The notes: generated by a model not told the origin, from the letters alone. Shown: positions 24,941 through 37,150, counted from the first letter of the stretch. The stretch is 46,897 bases of DNA from Octopus bimaculoides (GCF_001194135.2 NC_068984.1:50974-97870); one strand, 5' to 3'. Program-made: numbers and translations.

Positions 24941-25121
24941 ACTACTGCTGGAGGTCAGATGACCGGTATAGCTGCCCTAGCAGCTGCTGCTGCAGCCACC
25001 CAGAAGATCCCTGGTACAACTAGTACAACCACTACTCCTGTCTCTGGTATCAAAGTCGTTACTCCATCTATTGTGACCTCTGGAATGAAAATGGCTAATG
25101 TCCAAGGAAAACAGATTGCTG
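24941..25121 (+). CDS. HCFC1: HCF-1 exon (TTAGGQMTGIAALAAAAAATQKIPG...QGKQIA)
   Basis: ttttag acceptor, g|gtaagt donor, 181 nt, phase 0-1. Matches human MSGMAALAAAAAATQKIP. Confidence 0.94.
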
Positions 25122-25329
25122 GTAAGTGCTTTTGTCTGTGTGTGGTGTTAGCATCCCTAATATCAACATAGTTTTATTTGTTTATTTATTTTTCAGGCCA
25201 AGTGTATCTTGGACTACATTATCTAGTATGACCTTTCTATGTTTAAAAATTATGTGATGTGAATTGAGTGATACTTGGCTCCTATTTCTAACCAATTTTC
25301 TGACTGCTTAGAGTAGGGGTTGGTAAAAT

Positions 25330-26060
25330 TCTTATATCATTGACTCTCATATAAATTTCTAAAATAAAATTAAAACTATAACCACTGTATTAATCTAATC
25401 CTTTCGCAAAATTGCAAAATTGTCTCCCCTCCTGCATCAGCTTTAGGATAATTAGCAAACAAAAATTCATTTCCCTTTAAGATTTGGCTATTATACCTCA
25501 CATAGAGCATGAGAATATTTGAATTATAAAATGTTGATTCATTAAGTTGGCTAGAAAACTTACAATGTTCAAGCTCTGATCCTAGAGTTTTCTCAACGAC
25601 CATTTTGTTAGTCCATTGACTCACTATCCTTGCATTTAAAGATCTAAAATAGGCCAAGTCTTTCTTTGTTTCACTTACATCTCTAATAGCTCATTTAATT
25701 ATGTCACCATCAATTGTAGATGATTTTACTTGCTTATATTAAGAATGATGCCTTCAACCTTTCTTAATCTCCATTAGTAACTTTATAAAGAAATGTTTAA
25801 TTTGGCTGCTTCATAACCTTTTCTTTCAATGCTCTAAAGAACGAAGACCTTTATAGTTGCTGTTTTTGTTTTGTTTTTTTAAATCTGAGTGAATCCTTTT
25901 GAGATGGTCTTTCATCTTTATCGATTTTCATGGCACCATTATTGAATTTTTTGTTTCCCACTCGTCAGGAAGATAGGCATTGTTTTACTGACAAATGTTG
26001 GTGTAAATCCAAATATTAAATGCTCTTTACTACTAGCACTTCTTACTATCAGGTGTTCTC
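25330..26060 (-). mobile_element. hAT/Charlie transposase N-terminal relic
   Basis: YSKEHLIFGF, KMKDHLKRIHSD (BED-like), FSSQLNEST...LMLYVRY...EFLFA...GETI; frameshifted. Confidence 0.8.
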
Positions 26061-26249
26061 ATTATGGATGCAAAATTTAAAAAACAAAAATAAAAGTAAT
26101 TTCAAAATGGAACCACTTTAAATATTGAGCATCTCTATTATGTGTGCACTTGTCCTCCTTGTAGGAATTTATTATTGAACGTTTATAGACTCTTCTGTTG
26201 TAATGCAGGTGTTTCAAAGGTGTTATCCATATGTTTTTGCTGTTTATAG

Positions 26250-26434
26250 GGCAACTAATCCCTGGCACTCAAACAGTGCGAGTAGCCCCTCCTGGTGCTA
26301 CAGTATTAAAAGCCGGGGCTGGCATTGGTGCTGGTACAAAACAAATTATAACAGTCCATAAAACCGGAACAGCATCGAGTCAACCCCAGATTGTGACACT
26401 TGTAAAGACCACCCAAGGAATGACTGTTGCTACA
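26250..26434 (+). CDS. HCFC1: HCF-1 exon, basic region (QLIPGTQTVRVAPPG...IITVHKTG...LVKTTQGMTVAT)
   Basis: tatag acceptor, aca|gtaatt donor, 185 nt, phase 1-0. IITVHK motif as in human. Confidence 0.9.
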
Positions 26435-26676
26435 GTAATTTGATTTCATTTTTATATTCCCTTTTTGTTTTTTAGTATGTGTGAATTATGGAAAAGATAG
26501 TTTTATCAATTTGTTAATGTCTAAACCATTGAGGTAATTTTGTAACTTTGGTAAATTTTAATTGTGTGTCCTTGATGAGCAAACCTCATATTTACCTACA
26601 TTTACATTGTGTGTGTTTCTTTCATCTGTTTAGAAATTAATTTGATTCTCTTTTTCTCTCCCTCACCTCATTTCAG

Positions 26677-26823
26677 CCAAAAACTCCATTACCTCAAGGA
26701 GCCACTATTGTAAAACTAGTGACCACTCAAGCTGGAAGTGGTAAACCAACGACTATAATAACAAGCAGCAATCCTGGCGCTACTCCATCTACAATCCTTG
26801 GCATTAGCAGTGTACAACCTCAG
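26677..26823 (+). CDS. HCFC1: HCF-1 exon (PKTPLPQGATIVKLVTTQAGSGKPTTIIT...TILGISSVQPQ)
   Basis: Long pyrimidine tract plus cag acceptor, weak cag|gtcaac donor, 147 nt, phase 0-0. Aligns to human [22 protein letters not shown]...TILGISSVSP. No ATG, so absent from the ORF track. Confidence 0.9.
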
Positions 26824-27505
26824 GTCAACAATTTTATTTCTATTTTTCAGAGGTTTCTAATTTTGGAATTCTGTTTAACAACAACAAATGGTTGAGGTAG
26901 TTCAAACATCTGTTGCATTTAATCTTAAAAGTTCTCACATCAAACACCCAAGTGTTTGGAGTCAATACTTCACATTTAGGTTAAAATGAACCAATTACCA
27001 TATCTGATGTTATAAAAAACAAACAGGCATGTTAGACATACTTCAGTCTTAGCAGCACAAATTCAGGAAAAGATAGTTTTTAGTGTATTTAGGTTTATAA
27101 GAGACCCAACTTTACACATAGGACCCAGTGATGTTTTAAGACTTATTTTGTAAAGAAAAGTGCATCTGTTCTCATTCAAATATAGTTGATGCTTTACTAA
27201 CCCTAATATGGACTAACATCTTGGGCATTGTTCCTCAGTTTTTTCTGTTGTCCTTAGAAATAACTATTAGTGGGGGCTGTCCAATTTCTTTTGGGTGTCA
27301 GGATTTTATTCAAGTCTCAATCCTGGTTTCCCCACCCACCCACCATGCCCTATAACAGCTCATTGCATACATTTGCAATATTCACAGCATGACAGACAAA
27401 AATGCTTAGCAACATTTCTTCTGGCCTGCCTTATTTATGTCCCGAAATCAAAAAGTACCAATCAAGAAGTGAGATTTGATGGCCTTGTGCCAGAATTTGA
27501 AACTA

Positions 27506-28820
27506 TTATGATTATTATTATTATAAACATCGCACAGTAACTAATATCGTGATGTTGTTGATTGAAGACATTGTGTCTACCGGGGGTGTTTGTACTGTTT
27601 GTCAAGTCACAACAAGGACCTCCGACAGACAGTACTTTACGCAATATGCGTGCAGTTCCAAGTAATGCAGACTTTTGCAGTACATCTAGATTGTAGGGTA
27701 TTTCTAGGGTTTTCAGATTGGGTGGTATTGAACCCAATGCTCTGATGACAACCGGGATAACCTTTATGTTCAACTCTCGTAGCTGCCACATCTTAGCGAT
27801 CTCAATTCTCAGGTCTCCATATTTATCAACTTTTTCTTTTATGATGATATGTTGATCTCCTGGCACTGCTATGTCGATTATTAGGCACTCTTGTTTGTCC
27901 CTCCTAGAGGTTACTATATCCAGCCTTCAGTGCTCTAACACTTTGTCTGTCTGGAAATCAAAGTCCCAGAGAATTTTTGCCTTCCTCTTTTTGTCCTTAA
28001 CCTTTTCCGTGTATGTTGGTACCAAGCACCTATAACCTCATATCCATACTTATGGCATAGTAGCCAGTGGAGGTTTTGGGCTACTTTGTCACTCTTTCTG
28101 CACATGACTTTCACAAGCACTAACAATGTGAGTCACGCTTTCGACCCTCTTCATACACATTCTGTAGAAGTCCGATGCACTTGTTTCGTATATATTCTTC
28201 TTCACTGAGTTGGTATTCAATGCCTGGTCCTAAGCAGCAACGATTAGGCTTTCAGTATTCTTTTTTAGGTCACCCTTGTTTAGCCACCTCCATGATGCTT
28301 TCTGGTCTTTTAATTTGTCGGTTTCACGGTGGAACTGACCATGTAATTCCATACGGATTAGGGTTTCTTCTCTCTCATTGGCTGTTCTTGTTTAGAATTC
28401 ATGAGCACTCTCAAGTCCATTTTTGGTAATTGCTTCTGCACTAGCAGCATACTGTAGCAGGTCTTCTTTGCTGTTTACCAAATACTTTGCCATGTTTCTT
28501 CTTTCACTGCTGATGCACACCTGTACACTAATCAGTCCACATTCACCTTTAACTCTCTTCATGTAGAGCTTGTATACATTTGCCTTAGGATGGAAGGCAC
28601 CATGCATTGTCTTTGTCTTTCAGGTAGTGTGATTGAGATGGTCAATCTCCGCTTGTGTCCATCTCAGGATGGGTGCACTATAGCATACTACAGCAACAGC
28701 CCATTTGTTGATGGTAGTCACTAGGTTCCTTGAGAGAGAATTGGTATTTCTATGCCACTTCTGTATATGTTTGTTCGTTTTTTCTACTGTTTTAGCGTTT
28801 CATTCTTTTTTTGTATGAAA
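27506..28820 (-). mobile_element. 5'-truncated R4/Dong-type RLE retrotransposon
   Basis: HPKANVYKLYMKR..G..GL, LHWLLC..Y...WYQH, WDFDFQTD, RPDI, IDIAVPGD...KVDKY..L, VIPVV..ALG, LQKSALLGTARILRKVL-stop. (TAA)n tail. Confidence 0.88.
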
Positions 28821-29427
28821 AGTATGTGTAGTCTGTGGTTTGTTCAGAAAATCTACTCTTTGTCAGTTGTCGTATTGAAATGACAAGCACATGTTGTGTT
28901 TACTGAGATTATTTATGAGATTGACTTGTTGGCTCCTGTCAAACCATCCACCTCATGCCAGCAGCGAAGATAGATATTAAATGATGATAATGATTATATG
29001 GTGGGGTCTGTAAACCTTGATATAGTTCTCTTTATCCCACCAACTGTCCCACTTATTATTTCTACAGTCTCTACATCCATCTTCCGCACTTCCTGCTTAT
29101 TTCAAGAGTTTTCACCACAAATTTAGTCTGAGATGTTTTTGTTTATCTAGCAATAGGGAAACGGTATTGTTATATTTCATTAAGGTAGCAAACTGATTGA
29201 CTCATTAGCACACAAGAAAAAAACCCTTAGCATTTCGTCTGTCTTTAGGTTTGCAGTTCAAGTTCTGCTGAGGTCAACTTGGTCTTTCATCCTTCCCCCA
29301 AAATTCAGCCTTGTGCCTGTCCTAGAAAGAATTGTTATATTTTATTTGAAGTTTACCATTTTAGTGATTGATCGTATTGGTTATTGATCATATTGTTATA
29401 TTGCTGTATTGATTAATTAGTTAATTA

Positions 29428-30128
29428 TCTATATTATACTAAAACTCTAAGTTTGTCTGTTTTCCTGCCATTTGATTAAGATGATAAAGATTACAAATAA
29501 AACAGTCGTGTCAGCTATCGCTGTCCATCCTGTTTTTGTGCTTTCTTTTTTCTTGCCTTAATCGTTTATACAACTTTCGGAGTGCCATGGACTTGTGAGA
29601 TAGAAACTCTCAATATATTTTTGTGAGATATTTTTGAATCATGGGTACTTGATTTTTTTTTTCTTGAAAGAGAAAACTACTATTTAAAATAATATATTAA
29701 TCTTTATCATCTTAATCAAAAGGCAGAAAAACAGACAGAGAGACTATCTCTCTATAGATGAAGATTAGTTGCAATGAGAGGAGTTGAATCTCATAAGAAT
29801 GGAAAAACAAACAACAGTAACAAATGGGCTGTACTTTATAATGAAACTCTTTTAAGAGCATTCAAATGCCACTGCCACATTGAAATCATTGCCTCGGTGA
29901 GGTCAATTAAGTACGTCATCAAATACACACTGAAAGGAAATGACCAAGCTGCTGTTCAAATAAACAATGATAGTGAAGTTGGTCAATATCTAATGGGCAG
30001 GTATACTGGACCATCTGAAGCAGTTGCATCCATTTTAAGATTTTTAATTCATGAAAGAGAACCTGTAATAGTGAGACTGCAAGTTCATCTACCAGATGTA
30101 CAAAGAATATTGGTCAGAAATTATGAGG

Positions 30129-30174
<46 letters not shown>

Positions 30175-30518
30175 ATATATGAATGATATATGGGAACAGC
30201 ATTGACAGAATTCTTTCCATTGTGCATCAGTGATGACTTTGCAAAAACATTACTTTATGGTGAAGGACCCAAGTATTTCACTTGGGCCAGTAGTAATAAA
30301 GAACGGCAAAGAAGAAAGTGAGGGGAAAAAAGTTGAAGGTCATTTGAACCTTTTCAAAGAGGAAACACTTGGTTGTGTTTGTGTTGTCTCACAAAAGGCA
30401 GGAGAACTGTGGTTTATTTAAGAATTTTATTGCATGAAGTTCAAAATAGTATTTTTGTGCTTTTCCACTGCGCATCGACATTTTCACCTTGGCATGGTTG
30501 TGTGGCAAGTACATCTAG
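29428..30518 (+). mobile_element. Internally deleted Helitron with both termini and a Rep fragment
   Basis: A|TC 5' end, imperfect hairpin plus CTAG|T 3' end. ORF 29774-30205 (WAVLYN..LL..F.CH.HIE...S..SIKY..KY.LKG.D) continues after a (TA)n tract as LTEFF.LC..D.FA.TLLY. Confidence 0.85.
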
Positions 30519-30658
30519 TATCAATATATAGTACTGTGTATTATTTAGTTAGTGATCATATTGTTATTATTGATTGTATCATTGTATTGATCAGTTATTG
30601 ATCATATTATATTGCTGTCCATAATAGTGCATTGACTTGAATATTTCTTTTCCTGTAG

Positions 30659-31022
30659 ACTTCAACATCAAAATCTGTCAACACTATCATCAAGACCATA
30701 CCAACATCTCTGATATCGATGGCTAAATCTGGTGGAGCCTTAACCAGTACAACTCCGGGCACAAAGACAATTGTTATTGCTGCTCCTAAAGGCCAAGCTG
30801 GTAGTTTTGGTACCCCGACTAAGATTATCACTTCTGTGCCCAAGTTGAGTNNNNNNNNNNCGGGCACAAAGACAATTGTTATTGCTGCTCCTAAAGGCCA
30901 AGCTGGTAGTTTTGGTACCCCGACTAAGATTATCACTTCTGTGCCCAAGTTGAGTGGTGGAGGAAACACTCAGTTCATTGTAGTTAGCCCTCAGCCTGGC
31001 AGTGGGGCCGGAGGAGTTGTAG
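30659..31022 (+). CDS. HCFC1: HCF-1 exon (TSTSKSVNTIIKTIP...GTPTKIITSVPKLSGGGNTQFIVV...GVV); contains an artefactual 95-nt duplication plus 10 N
   Basis: tgtag acceptor, g|gtgagt donor, phase 0-1. True length is probably 259 nt. TIIKTIP and KIIT.VPK match human. Confidence 0.9.
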
Positions 31023-31339
31023 GTGAGTAATAGTTGTTTGTCATTCACTTATGAGAAGGGCTACAAACTTTTTGATACCAATCTACTCAAAACTGCCCCC
31101 TAGTTCCTCCCAGCATACAAATTCCATGTTTATATTCCAAACACCATTTTAATAACGTGTTATTTCAATAAACGCTTTATTTTCAAAATTAAATGAAATT
31201 AAGGCCTTGGGATAGCCATGAATAAATATATCGAATTATTTTTAATTGGCAGAAAGTTAGAGAAGTGGCTCATGAGTTGTTTTGTGCATAGCTTTTATAA
31301 CTCACGGCCTTTAATTCTCTTTTGTAACTTCTTTGCATC

Positions 31340-32630
31340 CATTTACACATATGCCTGCTTGGCTGGTGATTTAATTTGGACAGGTTGGGTAGCATCCAAG
31401 TATATTCCTTGGTCTACATGGTGGCCATAGAATTGGTTCCTAACATGATGAAGGAACAAGGCTACTGGAATTTTGTGATGCAAATAACTTAATGATCTGT
31501 AATATCACCTTCAGGAAACTAGCCAGTCACCTGATAACCCATCAATCTGATGGTCACGCTTGCCAGATTGACTACATTCTTACCTAAGAGCAAGATGCAT
31601 GGTTGCTCAAAAATGCAAAGACATTTCCTGGTACCCATCAGCATATATAGCAAATTCAGACTAGAAAGATTCCAAGAAGCAAACCAGTCTGGAAAAGAAT
31701 GATTTGGAAGCTTAAGGATCCTTTGAATTGTTTAAGATTTAGAGACATCCTAATTGAAGCACCTAACAAGAGACGGGAGAAGCTACAGACCTGGAGCATA
31801 GAGGATAACTGGAAATTCCTATTTAGATGGTGCAAAGTCTCAGTTAGACCTAGGGTGATGTGGTGGTGGAATGGTATAGTAAACAGGGCCATGAGAGCGA
31901 AGAAACAGGCCTGGAAGAATGGTGGTAGCAGAGAACTATATCAGATAGCTAGAAATGAGGCTAGAAGACTGGTATAGTTAGCCAGGGGAAACAGAAAATA
32001 TGAAGTTTACCAATGTTCTGCAACTTGAGGTATTTCAGTTTGCAAGACAATGTGCCAGGGAAAATTATGAAAGTGCTTTCACATGGATGATGGTTTACTT
32101 GCAGTTAGTGACTCTGCAAAGGAGGAGGCTTAGAAGTGCCACTAGGAAAGGTTGCTGAATGCAGAGAATGCATGGAAGGAGGAGAGTCTGCCTAAGGTGG
32201 ACCCAACAGAGAGATTGGCTATCCAAGTCAACAGTAGCCTGGTATATAAAGCAATTAAGGATGTGAAGACGGGGAAAGTCCCCAGCTCATCAGAAATCAC
32301 TGCTGAGATGCTTAAAATATTTGGCAGAGTGAGATATGGCTTAGTCACTTGTGTAATTAAGCAGGTTGTCCATGAGGAAATAACACCCAACAACTGATTT
32401 AACAACATTATACTCAACTGCTACAAAGATAAAGGTGATACCTTAGACAGAAGTCATTACAGAGGTGTCACATGGCTGAGCCAGGTGATGAAAGTTACAG
32501 AAAGGGTCATAGCTCAATTATTTAGGGAGAGAGAGTTAGCTTAGATGAGATGCAGTTTGGTTTTGTGTCAGGAAGAAGCATTATTGTTGCTATTTCCTGG
32601 TGAGGCAAGAGAAGTACTTAGCCCACTCCC
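31340..32630 (+). mobile_element. Decayed RTE LINE, APE endonuclease to start of RT
   Basis: EGTRLLEFCDANNL, QIDYIL, VRPRVMWWWN, K.GK.PSSSEITAEMLK; many stops. Confidence 0.85.
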
Positions 32631-32869
32631 TCCCATTGGTAGGACAATACATGCTGGCTAGAGATGACAGTTAATCGAGAAGTGACAGATAGTCGCTGAT
32701 GTCATAAAGAGCAAAATAACTAGTTTTAAAATATATGTATATATTTAGACCAAAATCCAAGGCCTCTGCCAGGGATGTAGCCAGCCCACTTATGCATAAC
32801 ATTCCTTCTTTGGACACTAAACTCCGCTTGCAAAGACCTGTTGAGGCAAGTAAAATCGAAATGGAACTA

Positions 32870-33370
32870 AATTTGTAGACTGGCACCCATGCCAACGTCT
32901 TCATTGAACACTAAACTCGACTTGCGAAGACCTGTTGGGGCAAGCAAAAGCTAAATCGTGATGGCACCAGTACTAGTAAATCATTAAGAGTACCGTCCAA
33001 GTGTGGTCGTTGCCAGAGCACCAGCTGTCTGGCTTTTGTGCCGGTGGCACGTAAATAGCACCATTTGAGCGTGACCGTTACCAACGTCGCCTTCCTGGCA
33101 CGTGAAAAGACATTCAAGCAAGTTCGTTGCCAGTCCCGCTGGNNNNNNNNNNCGTTACCAACGTCGCCTTCCTGGCACGTGAAAAGACATTCAAGCAAGT
33201 TCGTTGCCAGTCCCGCTGGACTGGCTCCTGTGCAGGTGGCACGTAAAATACACCATTTTGAGCATGGCCGTTGCCAGTACCCCCTGAGTGACCTTCGTGC
33301 CGGTGGCACGCAAAAGCACCCACTGCACTCTCTGAGTGGTTGGCGTTAGGAAGGGCATCCAGCTGTAGAT
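32870..33370 (+). mobile_element. RTE 3' UTR fragment containing a 67-nt false duplication at a 10-N gap
   Basis: GGCACGTAAA units and GAGTGGTTGGCGTTAGGAAGGGCATCC. 33076-33142 equals 33153-33219. Confidence 0.8.
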
Positions 33371-33381
33371 GACTGGCATAT

Positions 33382-34870
33382 CAGCACCATAGTCAACTGC
33401 TACAAAGGTGAAGGTGACACTTTAGATAGAAATAACTACAGAGGTATCAAACTGCTGGGTTAGGTGATGAAGGTCACGGAGAGGGTCATAGCCCAACTAA
33501 TTAGGGAGAGAGTCTGCTTAGATGAAATGCAATTTGGTTTTATGCCAGGTAGAAGCACCACTGATGTTATATTCCTGGTACGGCAACTGCAGGAGAAATA
33601 CCTAGCCAAAGATAAACCCCTATATTTGGCTTTTGTGGACATGGAGAAACTCCTTGACAAGGTCTCCTGATCCCTTATCTGGTCGAAGGGCCTTAGAGTC
33701 GATGTAACAAAGACCAAAGTTCTAGTAAGTAGGAAGGCAAACACATCACACACCCCTTCAGGTAGGTGGCCCTGCTCTATCTGTAGAAAAGGTGTAGGTA
33801 GAAAGTTCATAAGATGTACCCAGTGTAAGCTATGGACACATAAGAGGTGCAGCAACATCAAAGGAAGATAACTTTCTTGTGCGGCAGACCGTAACACCAC
33901 AGATGCTCAGAAAAAAGATTCCATCACATGCCAGGGGGAGAAACTAGAAGTAGTTAATAGCTTCCACTACCAAGTCTGTAGTGGGGGTGGATGCTCAGAG
34001 AGTGTTGCCACTAGAATGAGAATAGCCTGGGCAAAGTTCAGAAAGCTTTTACCCCTACTGGTGACAAAGGACCTCTCGCTCAGCATGAAAGGTAGATTGT
34101 ACGATGCATGTGTGTGAACTGCCATGCTTCACGGCATGGGTCATGACAGCTGAAGAAATGCATAGGTTCGAAAGAAATTAAACTGGCATGAACCGCTAGA
34201 TGTGTAATGTCAATGTGCACACACGACAGAGTGTAAGCGCCCTGAGAGAAATGTTTGCGTTGGTATGGTCATGTACTACAGATGGATGAGGAGCGCTGTG
34301 TGAAGAAGTGCCACTCCCAAACAGTGGAGGGAATCCGGAATAGAGGGAGACCCAGGAAGACATGGGATGAAGTGGTCAAGCATGGCTTTCGAACGTTGGG
34401 CCTCACAGAGACAATGACAAAAGACTGAGACCTCTGGGGGTATGCTGTGACTGAGAAGACCCGGCAAATAAAGTGAGTTCACAGCTGTAACCTCCACCAG
34501 TGTCGCATAACCAGCCCACTCAAAAGTACCTTTGATCATAGGGCGACACGCCGTGCTGGAGGAGACCTATTGAGTCAAGTACATCAACACCGACATCAAT
34601 ATCAAAATCAAATCAAATGGAAATTGTAGTTATGGTCCCTGTGCCGGTGGCATGTAAAAAGCACCAACCGATCGTGGTCGATGCCAACTCCTCTGGCCCC
34701 TGTGCACATAAAAAGCATCCACTACACTCTGAGTGGTTGGCATTAGGAAGGGCATCCAGCTGTAGAAACACTGCCAGATCTGGAGCCTGGTGCAGCCTCC
34801 TGCTTTCCCAGACCCCCGTCGAACTGTCTAACCCATGCCAGCAAGAAAACGGATGTTAAATGATGATTAA
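33382..34870 (+). mobile_element. RTE LINE, RT core deleted near 33680
   Basis: NCYKG.GD.LDRNNYRGIKLL, QFGFMPGRSTTD, LYLAFVDMEK joined directly to KGLRV. PHD-like region, 3' UTR and GAT tail follow. Confidence 0.9.
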
Positions 34871-36604
34871 ATTTGTATAATTGTATAAATATATATTTGT
34901 ATATTATCATCATCATCATCATCATCATCAATCAACATCCATTTTCCATGCTGGCATGGGTTGAACAGTTTGACTGAGGTTTGGAGATATATATATATAT
35001 ATATACACATATATATATAGAGAGAGAGAGAGAGCGAGAGATGCATAGATTCATGCACACACATACACGTGTATATGAATGTGTAATTGTATATTGTAAA
35101 ACAGGTCTTTGTCTCTTTACACTCTAAGTATTCTATTTCAGTGATCTCTCTACTCATACTATAATAGTTTATGTTGCTGAGTATTCCACTGGATGTTGTA
35201 CATTTATGAGCAACTGATGGAGAAAATATCCAGTCATTGTGTGTGCCAGAGCTGACTCATTAAACTTTGACTTTACTCAAATCTAAGAACTGCCAACATG
35301 TTTTCCATCACCTCTGTTTAACTCCTGAGGCTTAGTTGCCTCAAGGTTACGGTAAATGAAACTTGTTAAAGTTAACACTGCCTAACCTAACAATAGACTT
35401 CATGATTATAAAATATACACCTTGAAAGTTCAGATAAAATGGCAGGTATACTTGCTATATATTCTAGAATGGAAAGAAAATATGAATGGGACTACTGGAG
35501 TTGCAGAAAATGGGGAAGAAAACCAAGCAGCCTGTTTTGAATTCTGAAGAGAGAGGCTTATAAATGATAAATGTTCATCTCTTTTTGTCTCAGTCTTCCA
35601 TAAACATATTTGTTAAATCCAATATGTATGAATGTTTGTACACGTCCATATGCATGCATATGTATAATTTTGTATTTAAAAAGAGATGAAAAAAATAATA
35701 CGTGATTCATTAGAGTGAGTATACTTGAGAATATCCCAGAGCGCCACGCATTATACACCTGTGATGTAGGTGTTAGAATGATAAATGACAAGAAGTGATT
35801 GGAAGACGATAAGCAGAAACACTCGAAAACAATTAAAATGTAATTGGCTAAGAAAATGCTGAGATTTTATTGTTTGTGTAACAATCCTTCCAATCTTTGT
35901 CAGTATATCATAAATTTTTTCACATTTACAAGGATATGATACGACCATCACTTCAATAATATGTGGAAAGTCATAGGATTAAGAGTGTGCTGCTCTTATT
36001 GGAGAGGACATGGTGCTCGTGGCTAAACTAATTATATTTTTCTGCATTGAGAGTATTTTAACAAATCAAAAATCAGATCTGCTTACGGAAAACAATTACA
36101 AATACATCTGATCCCAAAACATACCACTACAAGCGAAAGCATCTGCAGGAGGGGGATCAGAGAAACTGTAAACCAAATTCCTTTTTTACTATTTTCATTT
36201 CTCCCTTGTTTTTTTCCCCTCTTAACTCAGTATGACTTGTCGATCACCACTAACATTAATGAACTTTCTACATTCAAACAAATTGATATACAGTTTTAAT
36301 ATTATTGACTGCTATGAATGTTCAAACTTGCACCTGTCCTCCTAATTCATAATACTAAATTTATCTGTTTTGAACATGAAATAATTTGATTTGTCAACAT
36401 TGAAACTTTTAAAGATGTTTTTCTAATTCATAATTTTAAACTTATACGATTGATAAACAATTATGGGTTTTTGAAATTTAGATATATTTTCAACAACACA
36501 TTTCCCTATATTTTTCCTGTGTGGAAACCCCCCACTCTTTTGTGTGTGTGTGTGTGTGTGTATATGTATAAATATATATATATATATATATATTTGTTTT
36601 ACAG

Positions 36605-36736
36605 GAAGTAAACCAATCACTTTGACAGCATCTCAGTTAGCATCTTCCCTTGCTTCTGGAGGATCAACTGCCCAGATTGTATCAGCAGGAGGAACATCAG
36701 CTTCAAAGCCTGTCGTAACTATTCTTACCACTTCAG
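36605..36736 (+). CDS. HCFC1: HCF-1 exon (SKPITLTASQLASSLASGG...KPVVTILTTS)
   Basis: ttacag acceptor, g|gtaacc donor, 132 nt, phase 1-1, composition continuous with flanking exons. Confidence 0.82.
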
Positions 36737-36950
36737 GTAACCATTTCTAGATTCTCGCCATTTATTTTTATGTTCTGAGTTCGAATCCCTTCAAGGTCAA
36801 CTTTGCCTTCCTTTGTTTTGGGTCAATTAATAAAGTATTAAGTGTGAATGTAATCAGCTGACCCCTCCCATAAAGAATTGCTGGCCTTGTGCTAAAATTT
36901 GAAAACGTTTTTATTATTATAATCTAATAAACTATTTTTACACATATGTA

Positions 36951-37150
36951 GTCATGGCTGCTTGGTTAAGAGGTTAGCCTCACAATCATGTGGTCTCATG
37001 TTCAGTCCCACTGCACAACACCTTGGGCAAGTGTCTTCTATAGCACCAGGTTGAACAAAACCTAGTTAGTGGATCTGGTAGACAGTAACTGAAAGACACC
37101 CTTTGTGTATCTGTGTGTACCATTGTCTTCACATGGTGGTAAACAAGCAC
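36951..37150 (+). mobile_element. SINE family B, partial
   Basis: CATGGCTGCTTGGTTAAGA...GTTCAGTCCCACTG...CCTTGGGCAAGTGTCTTCT. Other - strand partials lie near 14925-15040 and 39310-39485. Confidence 0.7.

Noticed and set aside
35468-35547. Cryptic terminal exon (WKENMNGTTGVAENGEENQAACFEF-stop)
   Set aside because: Weak acceptor, no homology, short.
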